A DNA stretch of 13,066 bases. Origin: Azolla caroliniana. Its lineage: Eukaryota > Plantae > Polypodiophyta. The notes under the pieces are model-generated. The model had not been told where the DNA came from, searched no databases, and worked only from the letters and a program-made list of their open reading frames with translations. How positions within the stretch are numbered: the first letter of the stretch is position 1; each line of letters starts with the position of its first letter. Of this stretch, positions 8,549 to 13,066 are shown one piece after another. The position numbers and the translations under genes are program-made. Where the stretch lies: NCBI GenBank assembly GCA_043228905.1, contig JBHGNT010001000.1:1-13066 (forward strand), given 5' to 3'.

Positions 8549-8888
8549 ATATTGGCACATGATAATGTGCACGGTAAGTTCTTGGCTTATTAAGATGGAT
8601 AACCTATTCGGTTAGTTGTGCAAAATTCATGTTGTTGATCTACTTTATGTTTAGTTTTTATGACTTTGGTATAAGCTTTTGCTATCACAATTTGATTTGA
8701 ATATTGGAGTGGACATTTATTTAAGGAAACAACATCCATGTATGACATATTATTTTTGACAACTCTCTTGTGATCCTTAAAGAAAGCTTGGATTCTTGGA
8801 ACACATTACTCTTAGTGAACATCGCCTAGAGGAAGCACCAAATTTGACAAACTCGTTGGGGGACTTTAACACATGCTTCATCGGATGA
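8549..8888 (+). pseudogene. Decayed LINE apurinic-type endonuclease (EEP) domain
   Basis: Motifs in the expected order: ILAHDNVHG (8549-8575, cf. SWNVxG). After one frameshift a single frame gives VDLLYV* (8634-8654, cf. DILCLQE), GVDIYLRK (8706-8729, cf. GVAILxR) and LGDFNT (8856-8873). Confidence 0.45.
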
Positions 8889-10679
8889 TTTAACCGTAGT
8901 GCTTTTATACTTTTGTTCTTCTTGTACATAAATAAGGTTCATTTTTCTTTTCCCTTTTCAATTTTATATTATTTGGGCATTGGCCTTGTTAACGGGTTTT
9001 CCCTCGACAAAACGTATACAACAAATTACACAACATCTTTACCCCAAGAAGTCCTTGACTTCCCTCCTCTTCATCAAGTTGTACGGTGGGAGGCTCTTCA
9101 TATTGTCAATTGGGAATTAGGAAATTCATAAAATGTCCCAAGAGCCTCATATGAAAGACATTGTGGATTTATGAATGCATTTTTACGGCGAGTTGAAAGG
9201 CCACAAGATTAATCTACTAAGAGATGCTAAAGGATCCCAATGTCTTGCGATGCACTGACATCGAAGCCATGCCTTGTCACCGACCTTATAGTTGGGTGGT
9301 GCAACTCCACGCCGATCAACTTTCTCTTTATATCATGCTTGGGCCTTGGCAAGTTTGTGCACTAGGTCATGGCTAGCCCTTGCTAGTATCTTGTGTTGTT
9401 GCTCCAGAGATAGATCCACAAGATTGACACTAAAGTGTGGATGAAAAACCATAGTTAGCGAAGAAGGGTATTGTATTGATCGAAGAATGTAGTGGGAAGA
9501 ATTATACCCAATCGCCATGCTGATAGGTCACCATGCACTAAACATAATGTTCGGAGATATGGTTGACTCTTTTTGGTTTTATTATAGGTTTCCAGATCGA
9601 ATATAGAGGGCAATTTCACTATGTTTCTGAGTCGAAAGAGACAATATGTTAGATGAAATATGGTTCAATATCCAACATGATATCATCAAGAAGTCCACGG
9701 AGCAAAAAAAACATTTGTAGTACTAGATTCAATGCATCCACACTATAGATGGTTTTTTTAACAAGGAATAGATTGAGTCATCTTTGTAAAGACATCCACA
9801 ATTACAAACACGGTGTTTTATCCATTTGATAACAAAATATGGATGATGAAGTTTGTTGAAAGTGAAGACATGGTCGGATTGGAACCGGAAGTGGATGAAG
9901 GAGGCCAAGTAGTGCTACAATTCCTTGAATGTTTAAATTATGAAAACTAGCTCTTTATCATACATTTGGTAATTGATTTTGGGAGGTGAAAGCTTCCTAG
10001 AAACGATTATGACAGGAAGAAAGACATTGTGATCATCGGGTTGGAAGACGATGGCACTTAGAGAGAAATCACAAGCATTAGTCTCCACATAAAATGGTTT
10101 GGTTAGATCAGGATAGACAAGGGTAGGGGCCGCAATGAAAAGTTTCCTTCAAGATCTCGAATGCATAATGAGCCTCCACAGCCCATTGAAATAGTCCACT
10201 CTTGGAAATGAGAGTTATTAAGAGTTCAACTAGTGTGGAGAAACTACAAATGGATTGTTGGTAGAAATTTGCAAACCGAGAAAGGATTGCACATGCTTCA
10301 GATAGGTCAATCTCCCCATGCACGGATACTTGTCCGTCAAACTTGATTTGAACCAAATTGTAGGCCCCATGGAGATCAATTTTCTAGTTTGGAGGTAGGC
10401 GAGGAGCTCTTGGATAAATGGAAAATGGTACTGATTCCAAAAGGTTAGTTGATTCCAGCCCCAACAGTCAACACAGCACTACAAGTTTCTTTTTGACAAA
10501 TAAGACGGGAGCCCGAAAATAGATTTGGAATGGCGAATGACGCCCTTCACTAAAAACACATCGACCATAGGTTGCCATGGAAGGGAGGGAGCAAGGAACC
10601 AAACGCTAGAGCAATGTCACAATGAAAAGAATGTTTGAAGGGAGCCGATTGTGATTCTTATTTTAAAACACATTTGCAA

Positions 10680-10789
10680 ATCCTCGGCAAAGATTGTGGA
10701 GTATAACTGATCATGGGAGCTAGATCGTCGGCAAAGATTGCGGAGTATAATTGATCATGGGAGCTAGATCCTCGGCAAAGATTGCGGAG
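10680..10789. repeat. 44-bp tandem repeat, 2.5 copies, in the pre-RT linker of the chromovirus
   Basis: ATC(C/G)TCGGCAAAGATTG(T/C)GGAGTATAA(C/T)TGATCATGGGAGCTAG at 10680 and 10724, with a partial copy at 10768. Confidence 0.95.
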
Positions 10790-10940
10790 GCGAATGTGTT
10801 TGGATAGAAGAATCAATCATATGACTAAGACACTTTACTTTATAGTCTGCACGAATATCTCCATAACGATTAGTAAAAAAGAAATAGAGTTTGTCTATCT
10901 TGATATAGAATAAACGGAAAGTTTATGACTAAATCTCCAG

Positions 10941-11051
10941 TAGGAGTCAACAATTGTTTGGCTCAACCCTGAACCAAACCGTTTAATCATTATTAAAGGG
11001 TTTGGCAGTTTGGCTCGGCTCAATTTAGGCCTAAACTGGTTAACATCCCAA
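10941..11051. mobile_element. Probable degenerate hAT-type MITE nested in the chromovirus between gag and pol
   Basis: Ends TAGGAGTCAAC and GTTAACATCCCAA resemble the plant hAT TIR TAGGGATGTCAAC/GTTGACATCCCTA. The interior has short motifs in both orientations (GTTTGGCTC twice, AACCAAACCG, GGCTCGGCTC) typical of hAT subterminal repeats. No 8-bp TSD is visible. Confidence 0.4.
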
Positions 11052-11343
11052 ATAATTAATGTCTCGTGCTAGCTGAGGTGAGCTTGGTCATCATAATTTA
11101 TGTTGCAGGCTAGCTGCCAGAACTCCAATGCATATGTCAACAACACCCTAGATCCTTGTGATACGTTGTAAAGTTTGTTAATCGAGGATTGCTATTTCCA
11201 GACTCCTTGAAGGTCACTTCGAACTCACTGAGAAAGGCTAGGAAATCTTCCAAAAGGGGCCATGATTCTAATTTTTCTAGTCAATTAGTCTAAGAATGTA
11301 GGTTAAGTCTTTCATTTGAACTTGTCTAATTTACTAAGTAAGG

Positions 11344-12098
11344 TGTTAGAATTACTATGAGAAGGCGGTTTTCCAAGTGATGCTAGCTCACTCTGTCAAT
11401 ATGCTCTAGAGTATTTGACACCCTTAGAGCTTTGACATAATGAATTGATGAGTTCTCACCCATTGTAAGGTTAAGGAGGCAAGCTCCAGTTGAGAAGTTT
11501 AGGACTTACCTGATGTTGTCCTATTTAGTCTTACCTAATTAACCTAGAACCAAGATCTACAGGTTCAGGATAATATCCACTCTATTGTGGGAGGGATGAG
11601 TACAAATGGGTGCCAATCTACTCTTAAGCCTACTAGCATGTACCAATAAATGAGCTAGCCAACTCTAAAATTAATACTTAACCGCACACTCAAAGAGTTC
11701 AAGACTTAATCCAACATGCTTAATCACTTAAATATAGATGTTATAGTACTTAACACAATAAACAACAGGAAGGCAACAAACACTCAACTGAGAGATGGGA
11801 GTACTCTTCAAGAGTTATCACGACTAGCCCAAACACTTAAGATTAAGACTCATTATTTGGGTCATAGGGTGAGATTAAGCTAGCAATTGAGGTTATAACT
11901 AATTAGAGATTAAGAGATTCTAAATGTCAAAAAGAAGCGTAAAAGACTTATCGAAGCGTATTTTATAGCTTTTACAATGACCTTGGCATTTAAACATTAT
12001 CATGCAAGTCTCTTGATTCATTTGTTTCCTTCCTTCAACACTTGTTCCTTTTGCTTCTTACCAACATCCAAGTGTATGGTTAACATCCTCCCATCCTT
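11344..12098 (-). mobile_element. Probable 3' LTR and polypurine tract of a second LTR retrotransposon (left boundary uncertain)
   Basis: The minus strand reads AAGGATGGGAGGA-TGTTAACC, a PPT (12098-12086) directly followed by a TG LTR start at 12085. A TATA-like GCTATAAAATA lies at ~11970-11959 on the minus strand. TGTTA at 11344 would give TGTTA...TAACA inverted termini. Confidence 0.5.
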
Positions 12099-12280
12099 AG
12101 ACTAAGGCACCAATTCATGCAATATCTGCCCCCAATCGTTATGTTGCTGCTCTATATAATGTGAGGCAAACCCTCGCATCGATGGTAGTTCACATCCAAC
12201 AAGCTATTGCAATGCCTCTATGAGACGTCTGCTAATGACAGTGGACAACAAACCCATAGTGGGATCCGATGCTTCCCAAG

Positions 12281-12470
12281 TTTACTGATTATGGTGATGG
12301 TACAACCATATTGAGGGATTCAACCAAGTCTTAAGGGCTTATGGGTCAATCAGTAGTGGGACTAAGGTCACCACATTTACTGATTATGGTGATGGTACAA
12401 CCATATTGAGGGATTCAACCAAGGCTTTAGGGCTTATGAATCACTCAGTAGTGTGACTAAGGTCACCACA
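12281..12470 (+). repeat. 95-bp tandem duplication, 2 copies (89/95 identical)
   Basis: TTTACTGATTATGGTGATGGTACAACC...GACTAAGGTCACCACA at 12281-12375 and 12376-12470. Six mismatches counted by hand. Confidence 0.97.
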
Positions 12471-12775
12471 TTCAAATTAACTCGAGAGAATCATGCCCAC
12501 ATATGTTTCAGGACACTCCCATTAAAGAACTCCCTACATGATTATACCAATATCAAAGAGGAATTCATCAAAGAGGACAATTGTTTTGCTTAAAGCATGT
12601 GGCAACAGAGAGGTTGTTGTGACCATATCCTTTGAACTAAGAATTTATATAACCAGTATGAATGGAAAGGTAGATTGTCTGATGACAAACCTGCGAAATA
12701 GGTTCATTGGGGGTCTTTTTGACAAAACCCTAGCTATGCAACACTTTCTCTTAAGCATGTTCTATAGTGATGATC

Positions 12776-12925
12776 ATGGAAGATTCCATGTTAGGCCTCC
12801 AACATACCAATTGTGGCTGCAAGAAGTCAGCCCGGTGCCCTATATGTCAAGATCATCATACAACCCATGAATGTCCATACCTAAATCAACGTAGATCTCA
12901 ATTCTGCCACCGGTGTAGAGACTTC
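12776..12925 (+). mobile_element. Gag-like zinc-knuckle fragment (retroelement remnant)
   Basis: CPICQDHHTTHEC (C-x2-C-x3-H-x4-C, 12836-12874) is flanked by the half-knuckles HTNCGC and FCHRCRD. Confidence 0.45.
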
Positions 12926-13066
12926 ATCCCATACCAATATCGAAGCGACCAATCGACCCCTTCCAGCCCAAGATTTGTATTTCCAACCGCGATTTAATTT
13001 CCTTAACTCTTCCCTCCGAATCAGCTCGGGCTCTCCGAATCCTCTCCGAAGAACGCTGCTCCAGCT

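Larger units (their letters stand above)
9040..11259 (-). mobile_element. Degenerate, internally deleted Ty3/gypsy chromovirus (Tcn1/Tf1-like): gag, RT, RNase H, integrase and chromodomain start
   Basis: Minus strand, across frameshifts. Gag: PLLEDFLAFLSEFEVTF...KLYNVSQGSRVLLTYALEFWQLACNINYDD (11259-11061). RT: FANVF..RLP..CDIALAFGSLLPP, VKGVIRHSKSIFG/APVLFVKKK, CVDCWGWNQLT, KIDLHGAYNLVQIK (10680-10340). RT end and RNase H: VQSFLG/ANFY, PDLTKPFYVETNACDFSLSA, NYQMYDKEL (10300-9910). Integrase: GLLHPLPVP, VIVDVFTKM, PFFANYG.HP, YKVGDKAWL, IHNVFHMRLL (9905-9140). Chromodomain start: PPTVQLDEEE/EVKDFL (9095-9040). Confidence 0.9.

Noticed and set aside
8987-9075. PPT (TGAAGAGGAGGGAA on -) and miniature 3' LTR with TGTT...AACA ends
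   Set aside because: The purine run is better explained as the codons for DEEE/EVKD at the chromodomain start. The putative LTR is under 80 bp and has no partner in the window.
10576-10620. LTR end, PBS and gag ATG on the minus strand
   Set aside because: The same bases translate as the RT N-terminal CDIALAFGSLLPP block, and the real gag lies at 11061-11259.

Overview
Eukaryotic, repeat-rich land-plant DNA, probably from a non-seed plant such as a fern (inferred from the Tcn1/Tf1-type chromovirus and the style of the LINE remnants). There is one intact gene: an intronless GT32 alpha-1,4-glycosyltransferase (lactosylceramide 4-alpha-galactosyltransferase-like, 4320-6125, +). It has an N-terminal membrane anchor, an expanded His-rich repeat stem, and a ~55-aa segment carrying His6 and an RRLL subtilase-type motif just before the catalytic domain. 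A ~10-copy, ~73-bp tandem array with a 149-bp A/B higher-order unit ends ~245 bp upstream of the gene. The rest is decayed mobile DNA and local duplications: a 5'-truncated LINE 3' region (1-334, -), a probable hAT transposase fossil (~1620-2620), a LINE endonuclease fossil (~8550-8890), a deletion-riddled Ty3/gypsy chromovirus (9040-11259, -) containing a 44-bp tandem duplication and a probable hAT-MITE, a second LTR/PPT region (~11340-12100, -) and a gag-like zinc-knuckle fragment near the right end. I see no rRNA, tRNA, CRISPR or prokaryote-style system. The best candidate for something undescribed is the His-rich, possibly protease-released GT32 with its promoter-proximal array. All family assignments come from motifs recognised by eye, not from database searches.
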